Source: Methanobacteriota archaeon (GTDB taxonomy: Archaea; Thermoplasmatota; Thermoplasmata; SG8-5; JAGLSY01). Taken from it: 64,000 nt of DNA. Positions within the stretch are counted from its first letter, which is position 1, and each line of letters opens with the position of its first letter. Positions 1 through 10,239 of the stretch are shown one piece after another. Below the pieces are notes generated by a model. The model saw only the letters and a list, made by a program, of their open reading frames with translations, had not been told where the DNA came from and did no database searches. The stretch lies in the NCBI GenBank assembly GCA_020697715.1, contig JAEHCO010000001.1:2222-66221 (forward strand), in the 5' to 3' direction. A program made the translations under genes and the position numbers.

Positions 1-1
1 A

Positions 2-118
2 AAGGTGGAACTCGCGGTCAGAAAAGCAATACACGGCAAGGAAGTGAAGAACAAGGACGCTCTTGGGAATCCAGAGGCTGTGGATCTATACAGGGATCTC
101 CCAGAATTGAAAACCTGA
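2..118 (+). CDS. 3' end of an unidentified protein-coding gene (5'-partial, runs off window start)
   Basis: Open frame from window edge in frame 2 (…KVELAVRKAIHGKEVKNKDALGNPEAVDLYRDLPELKT) ending at TGA 116-118; no function recognisable. Confidence 0.3.
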   Translation, partial: KVELAVRKAIHGKEVKNKDALGNPEAVDLYRDLPELKT

Positions 119-127
119 TGATGAAGT

Positions 128-553
128 TCATTCAATGGTTACTTTGACAAGTCCTTTGCCAGCAACACAATCAATATCTTCATGTGTCTTGATGATCTTC
201 AATTTCCTCTTGGCGTCAAGGCCAGGCGGATAGCATAATAGATAATGTTCACAACCCCTCTCAATACAACTGGCAGTTCCATATGTGACAGTGGAGCCTT
301 CTATCGCCTTCTTCTTGTCCATGATGATATCAAAAGGCAGTTTCTCTATCTCAACTACCTTGACACCATCCTCATGGACAGTGCATTCGTGTTTTACATC
401 CCTTACTCCGACTATCTTGTAATGACTGCCCTTATCAAGATGAAAACATATGTTCTTGACCTTGCATACCTTACATTCAGATAGGGGGCCTAGAAAGATT
501 ATCTCCGTACCCTTCTTTGCCAAATTTACTCCAACTACTGTCAACATACCCAT
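128..553 (-). CDS. Small Cys-rich protein, UPF0179-like
   Basis: 141 aa ORF with paired Cys motifs (CKVCKVKNIC, CIERGCEH); resembles archaeal UPF0179 family from memory; 1-nt overlap with upstream egsA stop. Confidence 0.45.
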   Translation of the reverse strand: MGMLTVVGVNLAKKGTEIIFLGPLSECKVCKVKNICFHLDKGSHYKIVGVRDVKHECTVHEDGVKVVEIEKLPFDIIMDKKKAIEGSTVTYGTASCIERGCEHYLLCYPPGLDAKRKLKIIKTHEDIDCVAGKGLVKVTIE

Positions 554-1632
554 TATATCACCATCGTGGTCTTGGCCAATCTTTCTGCGGCATCTGTGGT
601 CATTCCCTTGTAGCCCAATATGGTGTATCTCTCGGGCTTTATCTCATGGGCTTTGACCAAAGCATTTATCACATCTTCATTCGACAGACCAGCTGCCTTG
701 GCGGTAGTGGGAGCTCCGATTATCCAGAGAGCTTCCTTGATACTCTCCCAATCTCCACCATGAAGATACATCATCATTATGGTTCCCAGTCCACATTGCT
801 CACCATGCAGGGCTGGTTTCTCGCATATCATATCAAGAGCGTGGGAGAACTTATGTTCTGATCCACTTGCTGGTCTTGAGGATCCCGCAATGCTCATTGA
901 TACACCTGAGGATACAAGCCCTTTGACCACGGTCCAGGATGATTCCTCCAAACCTGGCCGTATATGAGATGCATTCTCTATGAGGATCTTGGCCACCATC
1001 TCGGAAAGTGTGGCGGCATAACTACTATAATCTTCATTTCTCAGCCTCTGGGCCAATTTCCAGTCCTTGACCGCTGTGAGGTTGGATATTATATCTCCAC
1101 AACCGGCCGCCAAGAGCCTATGCGGCGATTGTGATATGATACCCGTATCAGCAATGACCCCCAATGGAGTATGGGCGTCAAGTGACTTCTTAACACCATC
1201 CATTGTTATCGAGGCGCGGGATGACACAATGCCATCATGAGAGGCGGCTGTCGGAACACTTAGAAATGGAATTCCAATATTGAAAGAGGCGGCTTTGGCA
1301 ATATCAATTGGCTGTCCTCCTCCCACTCCAAGGGCGAAGCCAGCTTTTCCTTCAGTTGCCAATGAACTAACAGTGTTCACAGTATCGCCATCTGCGGTTT
1401 TTATCGTGACCATATCTATATCAAAGCCAACATCCTCCAGGAGATCCTTCACTTTATCTCCTGCAATGGATCTGGTAGTCTCATCGCATACCAGGATACC
1501 CGAATCTTGCAGGCCGAGGTGTTTACAGACCTCGGGAGCCTCATCAAGAGCATCGTGGCCGACCACGACCTCTCGGGGCAATTCCATTCTTTTACTCTTT
1601 TCAAAACCAGACATGTGCTTCGGAACTGACAA
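553..1632 (-). CDS. egsA: sn-glycerol-1-phosphate dehydrogenase (archaeal lipid backbone synthesis)
   Basis: 359 aa; N-terminal ELPREVVVGHDALDE motif and Gly-rich NAD(P)-binding stretch typical of G1PDH / iron-ADH-like fold. Confidence 0.85.
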   Translation of the reverse strand: MSVPKHMSGFEKSKRMELPREVVVGHDALDEAPEVCKHLGLQDSGILVCDETTRSIAGDKVKDLLEDVGFDIDMVTIKTADGDTVNTVSSLATEGKAGFALGVGGGQPIDIAKAASFNIGIPFLSVPTAASHDGIVSSRASITMDGVKKSLDAHTPLGVIADTGIISQSPHRLLAAGCGDIISNLTAVKDWKLAQRLRNEDYSSYAATLSEMVAKILIENASHIRPGLEESSWTVVKGLVSSGVSMSIAGSSRPASGSEHKFSHALDMICEKPALHGEQCGLGTIMMMYLHGGDWESIKEALWIIGAPTTAKAAGLSNEDVINALVKAHEIKPERYTILGYKGMTTDAAERLAKTTMVI

Positions 1633-1713
1633 AGGTCTTTAAGGATTTATAGTTGTGGACATTGCTTTATAAATAAATGAAGAATGGCTGGGCTATTAAT
1701 TAAGCCCAGCTTA

Positions 1714-2217
1714 TCACTTCAAACCTGCTTTTTTCATCAACATTTGCTTAAGCTCTTCAGGTTTTGTCATCTCCAATCCAAAGAACTCGAAGAACTTTGG
1801 CGTGGTATTGAGCATGATATTACCTTGAGCTCCACGCTCGGCGGTTATCAACCTGTGCTTCTTTAACTCATCAACATGAGGGTTAGCTGGCCGGCCTATC
1901 ATCTCCACCAGGTCCTTCTTCTTCATTGGCTGGTAGTACGCGATGAGTGCGGCTGTTTTTATCACCTCATGGGGAAGCTCACGTTGTGCCACTGTCTCGG
2001 TGGATTCCTTATATTCCTCCCTGAGCTGTAGAACATATTTCGAGCCTATCTTGGCGATCTCAAGACAGGTATTTCGATTCTTGTATGATCGAGAGAGCTT
2101 TTTGAGGGCAGAGCGAACTTGATCCACTTCCAGATCACTGGCTCTCGCTATATCCGGAACCGTCATCAGCTTACCGGAAGAGAATAATATTGCCTCAACG
2201 ACCTCGACTTCTGTCAA
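1714..2217 (-). CDS. scpB: Segregation and condensation protein B
   Basis: 167 aa; N-terminal EAILFSSGKLMTV winged-helix signature; immediately downstream of scpA and smc. Confidence 0.8.
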   Translation of the reverse strand: MTEVEVVEAILFSSGKLMTVPDIARASDLEVDQVRSALKKLSRSYKNRNTCLEIAKIGSKYVLQLREEYKESTETVAQRELPHEVIKTAALIAYYQPMKKKDLVEMIGRPANPHVDELKKHRLITAERGAQGNIMLNTTPKFFEFFGLEMTKPEELKQMLMKKAGLK

Positions 2218-2218
2218 A

Positions 2219-3181
2219 TCACACCACCGCGAGTTCTTCTAGGCTGATGCTTTCATTATCTGTCGACTGTGGCTCGGCAACCAGGCTGTCAATTGATTCT
2301 GAAACATCAATATCCTGTTCCATTCCAATTATTGGAGCAGTGTCCTCGATGTTCTTTATCATTATCTCGCCATAAGGTAATCTTTTCTGGGAAAGAGATA
2401 TCTTCTTCATCTTGGCCAGGAACAGGGATGATACAAAAACACGAACTCGATCCATCGGATCTCCATTCCATACCTGCGTAATTGGAATTGCGTCTTCGTC
2501 ACAATTACATATCCTCTGCCACGTGATGCTGATATTCTCTTCCAGATTTTCCAGGTGAAGGTTATCGGATACACAGAAAGGAACTTCAGGCTCATCAAAA
2601 TGCTTGCCTACCAATTTTCTAAGCTCTATTTCCTGGCGAGCCTCGTCAAAGGCCTCCAAAAGCGACATGAGTGAAACTTGACGTGTGGCTGTATTCCTCA
2701 CAGCCTCTTGGATGAGAGGAGCCTCACATTCCAACACGGTCTGGAAATAACCAGCGCTTGATGGCTCTTCAGGCTGTTCCATAATATCCCAACCATCGAA
2801 ATAATACTCCTCTTGTTCTGGCTTTATATCCGCATCCAGAAGAACTTTATCACTCTGCATCTTGAGAACAGACCAGGCCATGAGAATGAGTCTTCCAGCG
2901 ATTATGAAATTGACATCCTCTTCATTGTTAATTCTCTTCAGATATAATTTGGTGAATTCAGCAAGGTCCAGATCCCAAGGATCGAACTTACTCTCCATCA
3001 CCAATTGGAATGCAATAGCTACTGCTTTTTCAATAGGATCTTCGATCACCACATGCATGCCTTCATCCAATTTATGGAGTAAAGACACATAATTGTCTAT
3101 GTCCAGATCCTCATCATTCTCCTTTATTATTGCCTTGTGAAAAAGCAAATGGTTCAATATATTCTCTGTGTCGTATTTCAT
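2219..3181 (-). CDS. scpA: Segregation and condensation protein A (kleisin)
   Basis: 320 aa; FDPWDLDL motif near N-terminus; 1-nt gap to smc and scpB (operon). Confidence 0.8.
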   Translation of the reverse strand: MKYDTENILNHLLFHKAIIKENDEDLDIDNYVSLLHKLDEGMHVVIEDPIEKAVAIAFQLVMESKFDPWDLDLAEFTKLYLKRINNEEDVNFIIAGRLILMAWSVLKMQSDKVLLDADIKPEQEEYYFDGWDIMEQPEEPSSAGYFQTVLECEAPLIQEAVRNTATRQVSLMSLLEAFDEARQEIELRKLVGKHFDEPEVPFCVSDNLHLENLEENISITWQRICNCDEDAIPITQVWNGDPMDRVRVFVSSLFLAKMKKISLSQKRLPYGEIMIKNIEDTAPIIGMEQDIDVSESIDSLVAEPQSTDNESISLEELAVV

Positions 3182-3182
3182 T

Positions 3183-6100
3183 CTATCCCATCCCGTGTTC
3201 TGTATCTATGATTTCATCATCAATGTCATCCTGGCCAGGTGCATCTATCTGGCCAGTATTGCCCATATCTTTCTCGGCATCCATGCCACCCTTGATGTCC
3301 TTCAGGCTTCCCAGATCGACCTTCATAATAACTTTGGATATTCCATCGTTCTGCATTGTCACCCCTACTAAATTAGAGGCCTCTTTCAATGTCACCTCAC
3401 GAAGTGATATCTGAAGGAATTGCGCCCGCTCGGAATTCCTCTTTATCATCTGCGCGATATTGCGTGCGTTTATGGCATCGAGGTTTTGATCGACCTCATC
3501 AAGAACGTAGAAAGGCGATGGTTGGTATCTCTGAATTGCGAATATGAAGGACATGGAAACCAGACCCTTCTCTCCACCAGAAAGCGCTTCCAATCTATGC
3601 ACTTTCTTTCCCTTGGGTCTGGCCTTTATCTGAAGACCACCCTGGAAAGGATCTGCCATATTCTCTATAAGGAGCTCGGCCTCTCCACCATCCGAAAGAT
3701 CAGCGTACACGTCCTTGAACTTCTCATTTATACCATCGAAGACCTTCAGAAGCCCGGTCTTCTTTTTCTCTTTGAGCTCGCCGACAAGTTTTATCAATCT
3801 CTTTCTCTGGTCTTTCAATCTTTTTACTTCTATTTTGAGCTCTTCATGTCTGGCCTTCTGTTCATCATATGTTTCCAGTGCCAGCATGTTAACACTTCCA
3901 ATGGTCTCCAGTGTCACTTCGGACCTTCTGATTATCTTCTTCAGGGTTTCCATCGATGGTATCTTATCCTTATCTTCGAGCTTGATGTCCTTAACCGCTT
4001 CCTCGATCTCCATCAATCTCTTGGAAGCGTTCTCATACTCGATCCTCAGACCTCGGATAAAGTCCTCCTTGGTCTCCGCTCTGTGATTGAGTTTCTCTAT
4101 CTCGGCCTCGGTCTCCATCTTGGCCTTGTACACTTTGTCTCTTTTGTTCCTTGCTTCGATGAGATCCTTGCCCATGGATTCCTGTAATTTTAATTCAGCT
4201 TTAAGACTTACTTGGAGCTTCTCAACCATTTTGGACTTTGACTTGATATTCTTCTGATTTTCTTCGATCTTATTGTCAAGGTCATCCAATGTGGCCTGTA
4301 TCTCCTTCTTTCTGTCTTGATATAATTTGATCTGTGCTTTTAATGAATCCTTGCCAGCTTCCAGCTCGGATCTGATATTGACATGCTCGGATAATTTGGA
4401 CTGAAGCTCATTCATTTCCTTACCCATCTTCGCAGGCGTGTGTTTGAACAGAGTCTTTTCCATCTCATCTTTCTGAGCCTTCAGGGTCTCCACTTTGTCA
4501 GCCAGGATCATGATCTCGGATTCCACTTTCGTGATATCCTTTTCTAAGGCTATCATTTCCTTTTTCTTTGTATTGATATTATTATCCAGGACCTTGAGAT
4601 TGGTCTGAAGCTCCTTTTTCTTCATATTGAGAACTTCACTTTTACCCAGTGTTCCCCCGGTTGTGGCACCAGCCTCTTTAATATTCTTTTCAAGCTCGAT
4701 CAATTCCAACCTCAGTGAGCTTAATTCCCCACTGATCTTGTCCGCCTCATTTGTGGCCTTTCTCAGCTTCTTGGAAACATCATCCAAGGATTTCTTATCC
4801 ACGCTTCCCACTTTGATCATGGACCTGGACTTCAAGCCACCTATCATGGCTCCAGAAGCCTCGATCAATTCCCCATCTTTTGTCACGATCCTCACACCGC
4901 CCATGATCTCCCTTGCTTCTGCAAGAGAGCCCATGACCACGGTGTCTCCGAACACATATGAGAATACATCTCGATATTTCTCATCGAAATCCACCAGGTC
5001 TAAAGCGAATCCGAGTGATCTCTTGACTGCCAATTGAGCCTTGCCCCTTGGCTTCTGCATCATCATCTTATTGAGTGGAAGGAATGTCGCCCTTCCGATC
5101 TTGTTCTTCTTGAGATAGGATATACATTTCTCCGCCACTGCATCATCCTCGACGACCAGGGCCTGCATCCTTGGCCCTGCGGCCGTGTTTATCGCTGTCT
5201 CGTACTGATCATCCACCTTGACCAGTTCGGCGATAGTTCCATGAATGCCCTTTATGTCACCACGATCCCTTGCCTCCATCATCTTATCAACTGCCGCGGT
5301 GTAACCTCTGGCCACGGACTTGGAGGCCTCATTTTCAGCCTTAAGTTGATTATACTGCCTTGTCAGGGACCTTATGGCATTCTCGAGTTCTACAGCCTGC
5401 TTGGAAAGCTCTGTCTCCCTGTTCTTCTTTTTGAAAAAGCCTTCTTGCAATGCTTTCAATTCCTTGTCCGAGCTCTTTGTGCTGGAATTATGCTCCTTAA
5501 GGCGCCAATCCGTATCCTTGATCTCGAATTTCAGAGCTTTTTTGGTCTCTTCAAGCTCTGCCACTTCCTGCTTGATCCTCTTGTGTTTGTCTATGGCTCG
5601 ATCTTTTTCCAATATCGAACTCTGTACCTGGGAAGAAGCAGTGTCCATCTTGTTCTTCATATCAACTACGTCATCTTGAAGTTTAGAAATATCCGTATCT
5701 GACTTGGAGAGCTTGGACTTGTGCTTTTTCAAAGACTTATCAAGTTCCTTCATCTCACGGTCATTTTCTTTTATTTTGGCCTCAGTGGATCTGAGCTCGG
5801 TATTAAGATCATCAAGCTCTGTGTCGATCTTCTTCATGTCCAGGGCTTTCTTCTTTTTCTCGCTCTTTAGCTCGGGAATTTGTTCTTTAGAGAGCTCCGA
5901 AGAATCATTGCCTCTTGCGATCTCCACGCGTAGCCCATCTATTTTGTTCTTTAATTCCAAGTTCTCTTGTGAGCTCTTCTCAGAGAATTCCTTCTCCAGA
6001 TCATCCAATTCCGTTGTGAGCTTATCAAGTTTTTCTTTGAAAGAGTCCTTCTCGGCTTTTGTCTTGGATATCTCTTCCTCTCTCTTGTTGATCTGCTCTT

Positions 6101-6857
6101 CCATGCTTTGGATCTCATTTTCCACACTGCTCTTTTTCTTATACTCTATCTGCGCTCTGGCCAGATCAAGTTTTTCCTTGACCTCCTTGTGCTTCATCGC
6201 ACTGACCCTTTCGCCTTCCAGCTGCTTCAATTGCTTGCGGATCTCGTCCATGATGATATCGATCCTTTCAAGATTGTCATCGGTCTCTATCTTTTCAACA
6301 TTAGCAGAGTCTATGTCCTTGTCAAACCTGGTGATCCCGGCGATCTCATCCAATATCTGTCTTCTTTCCACTCCACCCATGCTGACAATATTGGTTATAT
6401 CACCCTGTTGCACGATATTGTAGCCATCCGAGGAAATTCTTGCATGAGCGAGGATATTATCGAAGTCACCCAATGTGGATTTTTTCCCATTGACATAAAA
6501 ATTACTGGTATATCCGATTTGATTCTTCGAGCGTTTGACAAGTCTGGTCAGCTTCACCTCATTGCTTGAGATCGGCAAGATATTTTCCGAATTATCGAAG
6601 GTCAAAGAGACCTTGCAAAAGGGTGCTGGCTTACCGGTCTTCCCACCATTGAATATCAGATCAGTGAGCTTGCCCGCCCTTATGGCCTTGGAGCTCCGTG
6701 GCCCTAACACGAAAAGTACAGCATCGGATACATTTGATTTTCCACTGCCATTCGGCCCCGTAATAGCCGTAAATCCATCCATGAATGGTATGGACAATTT
6801 GCCCTTGAATGATTTGAAATTCTCCACTTCAAGTTGTTTGAGATACAAACTCGTCAC
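3183..6857 (-). CDS. smc: Chromosome segregation protein SMC
   Basis: 1224 aa; N-terminal Walker A (GPNGSGKSN), long coiled-coil arms, hinge, C-terminal ABC signature (LSGGEK) and D-loop. Confidence 0.95.
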   Translation of the reverse strand: MTSLYLKQLEVENFKSFKGKLSIPFMDGFTAITGPNGSGKSNVSDAVLFVLGPRSSKAIRAGKLTDLIFNGGKTGKPAPFCKVSLTFDNSENILPISSNEVKLTRLVKRSKNQIGYTSNFYVNGKKSTLGDFDNILAHARISSDGYNIVQQGDITNIVSMGGVERRQILDEIAGITRFDKDIDSANVEKIETDDNLERIDIIMDEIRKQLKQLEGERVSAMKHKEVKEKLDLARAQIEYKKKSSVENEIQSMEEQINKREEEISKTKAEKDSFKEKLDKLTTELDDLEKEFSEKSSQENLELKNKIDGLRVEIARGNDSSELSKEQIPELKSEKKKKALDMKKIDTELDDLNTELRSTEAKIKENDREMKELDKSLKKHKSKLSKSDTDISKLQDDVVDMKNKMDTASSQVQSSILEKDRAIDKHKRIKQEVAELEETKKALKFEIKDTDWRLKEHNSSTKSSDKELKALQEGFFKKKNRETELSKQAVELENAIRSLTRQYNQLKAENEASKSVARGYTAAVDKMMEARDRGDIKGIHGTIAELVKVDDQYETAINTAAGPRMQALVVEDDAVAEKCISYLKKNKIGRATFLPLNKMMMQKPRGKAQLAVKRSLGFALDLVDFDEKYRDVFSYVFGDTVVMGSLAEAREIMGGVRIVTKDGELIEASGAMIGGLKSRSMIKVGSVDKKSLDDVSKKLRKATNEADKISGELSSLRLELIELEKNIKEAGATTGGTLGKSEVLNMKKKELQTNLKVLDNNINTKKKEMIALEKDITKVESEIMILADKVETLKAQKDEMEKTLFKHTPAKMGKEMNELQSKLSEHVNIRSELEAGKDSLKAQIKLYQDRKKEIQATLDDLDNKIEENQKNIKSKSKMVEKLQVSLKAELKLQESMGKDLIEARNKRDKVYKAKMETEAEIEKLNHRAETKEDFIRGLRIEYENASKRLMEIEEAVKDIKLEDKDKIPSMETLKKIIRRSEVTLETIGSVNMLALETYDEQKARHEELKIEVKRLKDQRKRLIKLVGELKEKKKTGLLKVFDGINEKFKDVYADLSDGGEAELLIENMADPFQGGLQIKARPKGKKVHRLEALSGGEKGLVSMSFIFAIQRYQPSPFYVLDEVDQNLDAINARNIAQMIKRNSERAQFLQISLREVTLKEASNLVGVTMQNDGISKVIMKVDLGSLKDIKGGMDAEKDMGNTGQIDAPGQDDIDDEIIDTEHGMG

Positions 6858-7257
6858 CTATCCAAATTACTGGAACAGGCAAAAAAGGTCATCTTTCGTT
6901 TGGTCTCGATCCATTATCGTATTAGCCCTGAAAGTGCTTTCTACATCCCATCCCATGTAGAGTCCGACCTTTGTCAGACAAGCAACTATATCTATTGCTG
7001 TATATATAAATGTTTCCTATTTGGTGTAAAAACTGTAAATATTAACTATATGGATTATATTTACTTATCAATATAATGAAACTAATAATCAATTAATCAT
7101 ATAATTACTGGCATGCACTGTCAGACAATATAAATAATCAATGTGTGAAAATCAGCAGATGGGCGAGATAGGTTTAAATCAAATAACTTATTTCAGGGAC
7201 ATGTAAGGACTCTAGTTCTATCTGACCCAACCAAGGGAGTCACTTACCAAACGCAAT

Positions 7258-7369
7258 GGGCCCATGGCTTAGCCTGGTTATAGCGCCCGGCTGATATGGA
7301 ACAAACCTCAAAAAAGGGTTTGTTCTCTCCGATACCGGGATGTCTCGAGTTCAAATCTCGTTGGGCCCA
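7258..7369 (+). tRNA. tRNA-Ile (anticodon GAU) with 37-nt canonical intron (7297-7333) between positions 37/38
   Basis: GGGCCCA/TGGGCCC acceptor stem, D-arm GCTT…TAGC, anticodon stem CCCGG/CCGGG with loop CTGATA-[intron]-A, T-loop TTCAAAT, discriminator A; intron contains 9-bp helix GAACAAACC/GGTTTGTTC. Confidence 0.75.
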
Positions 7370-7524
7370 CTTTTCTTTTTTCCCGATATATCAAAGATTG
7401 GAAGCCAGCTTTAGTTTCGTATATTATATGTGATCATCTTTCTATTCCATACAAGGATAAAACGCTTATATCACCTATGAATACAACCCTGTCAATAGCG
7501 CACCCAGTGTTATAACATGCATAG

Positions 7525-9117
7525 GTGAAACATATGACGGATTACATATTATCAAATTTACTCAAGAAGGCGGCAGAGCGATTCCCTGACAGGACTGCCA
7601 TATATTTTAAAGGATTAGAAATGACCTTTAGCGAACTGGACAAAAAAGCATCCAGGTTCGCCAGTGGTCTTTTGAATAATGGTATTAAAAAGGGAGATCG
7701 AGTTGGTCTATATATGCCGAATTATCCCGAATGGATAATCGCCTTTTTTGGAATTGCCAGGATGGGTGGTGTCGTGGTTCCAATGAACACCAGGTACAAG
7801 GCCAAGGAAGTTGATTACATAATGAACAACTCCGAGGCTACATCTCTCGTTATGACCTCGGATTTCATGAACTTGGATTATATCACAATACTTGATTCCC
7901 TCAGAGGTAAGATCCCCGAACTGAAGAAGGTCATCGTTCTTGGGGACAGGGTATTATCTGGAATGACTGCTTTCGATGAAATTCTGGAAGCAGGCTCGGA
8001 TCATGCCCATGACCAGGCTCTGGAAGATGCCATTTTGACCGCGAAGGAAGATGACGCGGTCTTCATCCTATACACCTCTGGAACGACCGGAGAGCCGAAG
8101 GGAGCTATGCTGACCAATCTGAACATCTCGAAAAACGCTGCCCAGATTGCTGAAGTTCTGGAGCAGAATGAGAATGACAATACTCTCATCGTAGTGCCTT
8201 TCTTCCACTGCTTTGGCTGTGTTATTGCGCTTTCGGCTTCAGTACATGCTGGATCTGGTGTGATTCCCATGCCCGCATTCGATGCAAAGGCATCACTGGA
8301 AGCCATGGAGAGATATAGGATCTCGATAGTTCATGGTGTTCCGACCATGTTCATCAACTACCTGGATGTGCTCAAGAACAAGGATTTCGATCTGGATGCG
8401 GTAAGGACCGGTGTGATGGCCGGAGCTCCCTGCCCCATAGAGGTGATGAAAGGGGCCATTGACAAGATGGGGGCCAATATCTCAATAGCCTACGGACTCA
8501 CGGAAGCATCACCCGTCATAACCATGACCAGGCTGGATGATTCCCTTGAGGACAGGGTGGAGACTGTTGGAAGAGCCTTGCCAGAACAGGAAATAAAAAT
8601 TATCGATGAGCATGGGAAGGAACTTCCCCTGGACAAGACCGGCGAGCTTGTCTCCCGGGGCTACAATATAATGAAAGGTTATTTCAAAATGCCAGAACAA
8701 ACAAGTGAGGCAATAGATGTTGACGGTTGGCTTCATTCTGGAGATCTGGCCACAATGGACGATAGAGGATATATCAGGATCGTGGGAAGAAAGAAGGAGA
8801 TGTACATATCCGGCGGCTTCAATGTATACCCCAGAGAGATCGAGGAATTCCTTTTCACCCTGCCTTACGTGGACAATGTCTCGGTCATCGGAGTCCCAGA
8901 CAAAAGACTGGGCGAGGCGGGGATGGCTGTCATCAAGTTGAAGAATGGCCACAATGCGACCAAAGAAGAACTTATCAGCCATTGCAAGGAAAATATAGCC
9001 AATTTCAAGGTTCCCAAATTCGTCTGGTTCGTCGATGAGTATCCAATGACCGAATCCGGCAAGATACAGAAGTTCAAGCTCAGGGATATGGCAGTAGAGG
9101 AATTCAAACTTGAATGA
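7525..9117 (+). CDS. Acyl-CoA synthetase / fatty-acid--CoA ligase (AMP-binding family)
   Basis: 530 aa; AMP-binding motif YTSGTTGEPKGAML and C-terminal GWLHSGDL…GRKKEM pattern. Confidence 0.85.
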   Translation: MKHMTDYILSNLLKKAAERFPDRTAIYFKGLEMTFSELDKKASRFASGLLNNGIKKGDRVGLYMPNYPEWIIAFFGIARMGGVVVPMNTRYKAKEVDYIMNNSEATSLVMTSDFMNLDYITILDSLRGKIPELKKVIVLGDRVLSGMTAFDEILEAGSDHAHDQALEDAILTAKEDDAVFILYTSGTTGEPKGAMLTNLNISKNAAQIAEVLEQNENDNTLIVVPFFHCFGCVIALSASVHAGSGVIPMPAFDAKASLEAMERYRISIVHGVPTMFINYLDVLKNKDFDLDAVRTGVMAGAPCPIEVMKGAIDKMGANISIAYGLTEASPVITMTRLDDSLEDRVETVGRALPEQEIKIIDEHGKELPLDKTGELVSRGYNIMKGYFKMPEQTSEAIDVDGWLHSGDLATMDDRGYIRIVGRKKEMYISGGFNVYPREIEEFLFTLPYVDNVSVIGVPDKRLGEAGMAVIKLKNGHNATKEELISHCKENIANFKVPKFVWFVDEYPMTESGKIQKFKLRDMAVEEFKLE

Positions 9118-9153
9118 TATAAAATTTCAAAGGAATGTTGATAGATCAGCAAT

Positions 9154-10239
9154 CTAATATCCAGCCTCAATATCCACAATATTGAGATAGTCTGTACTTC
9201 CGTCTCTCACCCTCTTGATATTCTCAATAACTTCATTCCACCTCTCCAGATCATCAAAGGGCGATGCACATCTGTGCGGTGACATCACGATATTGTCCAG
9301 CTCGTGAAAAGGATGTTCGAGCTGGTTATACGGATATTTACGGCCTTCTTCATCCTCTTCTGGCCGATAATCATACCACACGTCAATAGCTGCACCTGCT
9401 ATTGATCTGTCCTTAAGGGCTGTGAAAAGGGCCTTCTCGTCCACGATATCACCACGGCCCGTCTGTACAAGAATTCCATTTGATCCGAGTAGAGCCAACT
9501 CGGCCTTTCCGATCAGGCCGATGGTATCCTTCGTACTTGGCAAACTGATGAAAAGGATATCTATCTCTCTCAGGAATTCAGCAAGCTCGTCCGGACCATA
9601 TCGGACGAGTTGTGTTGGCCCATCATCATTGTACTTGCTCCAATCCTTACGCAGAGCGTGGAATTCCAATCGGAAATTTGATAGAAATAAATGCACATGC
9701 TGGCTGACATGCCCGAATCCGAGGAATCCGATCTTCCGATCCCTCAGTGGGATGGTCTTGGCCTTGTCATCCAGGAATCGCCAGTTTCCATCCACCATCC
9801 AATTATGGTGGATGATTATCTTGTTCATGAAAGATAGAAGAAGTCCCACTGCCCCAGTCGCTGTGAAATAAGCATTGCCATGTCCATTCGCCAATGGTAT
9901 ATCACGCCCCTCTTCCCTCAGTTCCAGGAAGAGGTCAGTTATGTGCTGCACACCCGCTCCAGGATTGATAAACAGCTTCATATTACTGGCTGCAAGAAGA
10001 AGCTCCTTGGATGGTCTCCAGCCAACTATCACATCTGCCTCACTAGCATATGGCAAATACATGTCCTCTGTCACTGTCTCGAAATTGTCATCCGAGCCAA
10101 CTGGACAAGGGTATATCATTTTCATATCTGGCAGGGCACCTTCCAGATATGACCTTAGCTCCGCGCGCACATTCCATATGAATAGAACCTTCATTGACCT
10201 AATATCGATGAAGAAGATAATATGTTTTGCCTCGCTCAC
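9154..10239 (-). CDS. D-isomer-specific 2-hydroxyacid dehydrogenase family protein
   Basis: 361 aa; NAD-binding GFLGFGHV and catalytic-domain pattern (GRGDIVDEKAL…AAIDV); start may be an internal Met. Confidence 0.7.
   Translation of the reverse strand: MSEAKHIIFFIDIRSMKVLFIWNVRAELRSYLEGALPDMKMIYPCPVGSDDNFETVTEDMYLPYASEADVIVGWRPSKELLLAASNMKLFINPGAGVQHITDLFLELREEGRDIPLANGHGNAYFTATGAVGLLLSFMNKIIIHHNWMVDGNWRFLDDKAKTIPLRDRKIGFLGFGHVSQHVHLFLSNFRLEFHALRKDWSKYNDDGPTQLVRYGPDELAEFLREIDILFISLPSTKDTIGLIGKAELALLGSNGILVQTGRGDIVDEKALFTALKDRSIAGAAIDVWYDYRPEEDEEGRKYPYNQLEHPFHELDNIVMSPHRCASPFDDLERWNEVIENIKRVRDGSTDYLNIVDIEAGY

Noticed and set aside
3420-6423. Several plus-strand ORFs (3420-4187, 5034-5702, 5704-6423) inside the smc gene
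   Set aside because: They lie antisense to a confidently identified 1224-aa SMC gene and have low-complexity Leu/Ser/Phe-rich translations typical of antisense frames of coiled-coil coding DNA.
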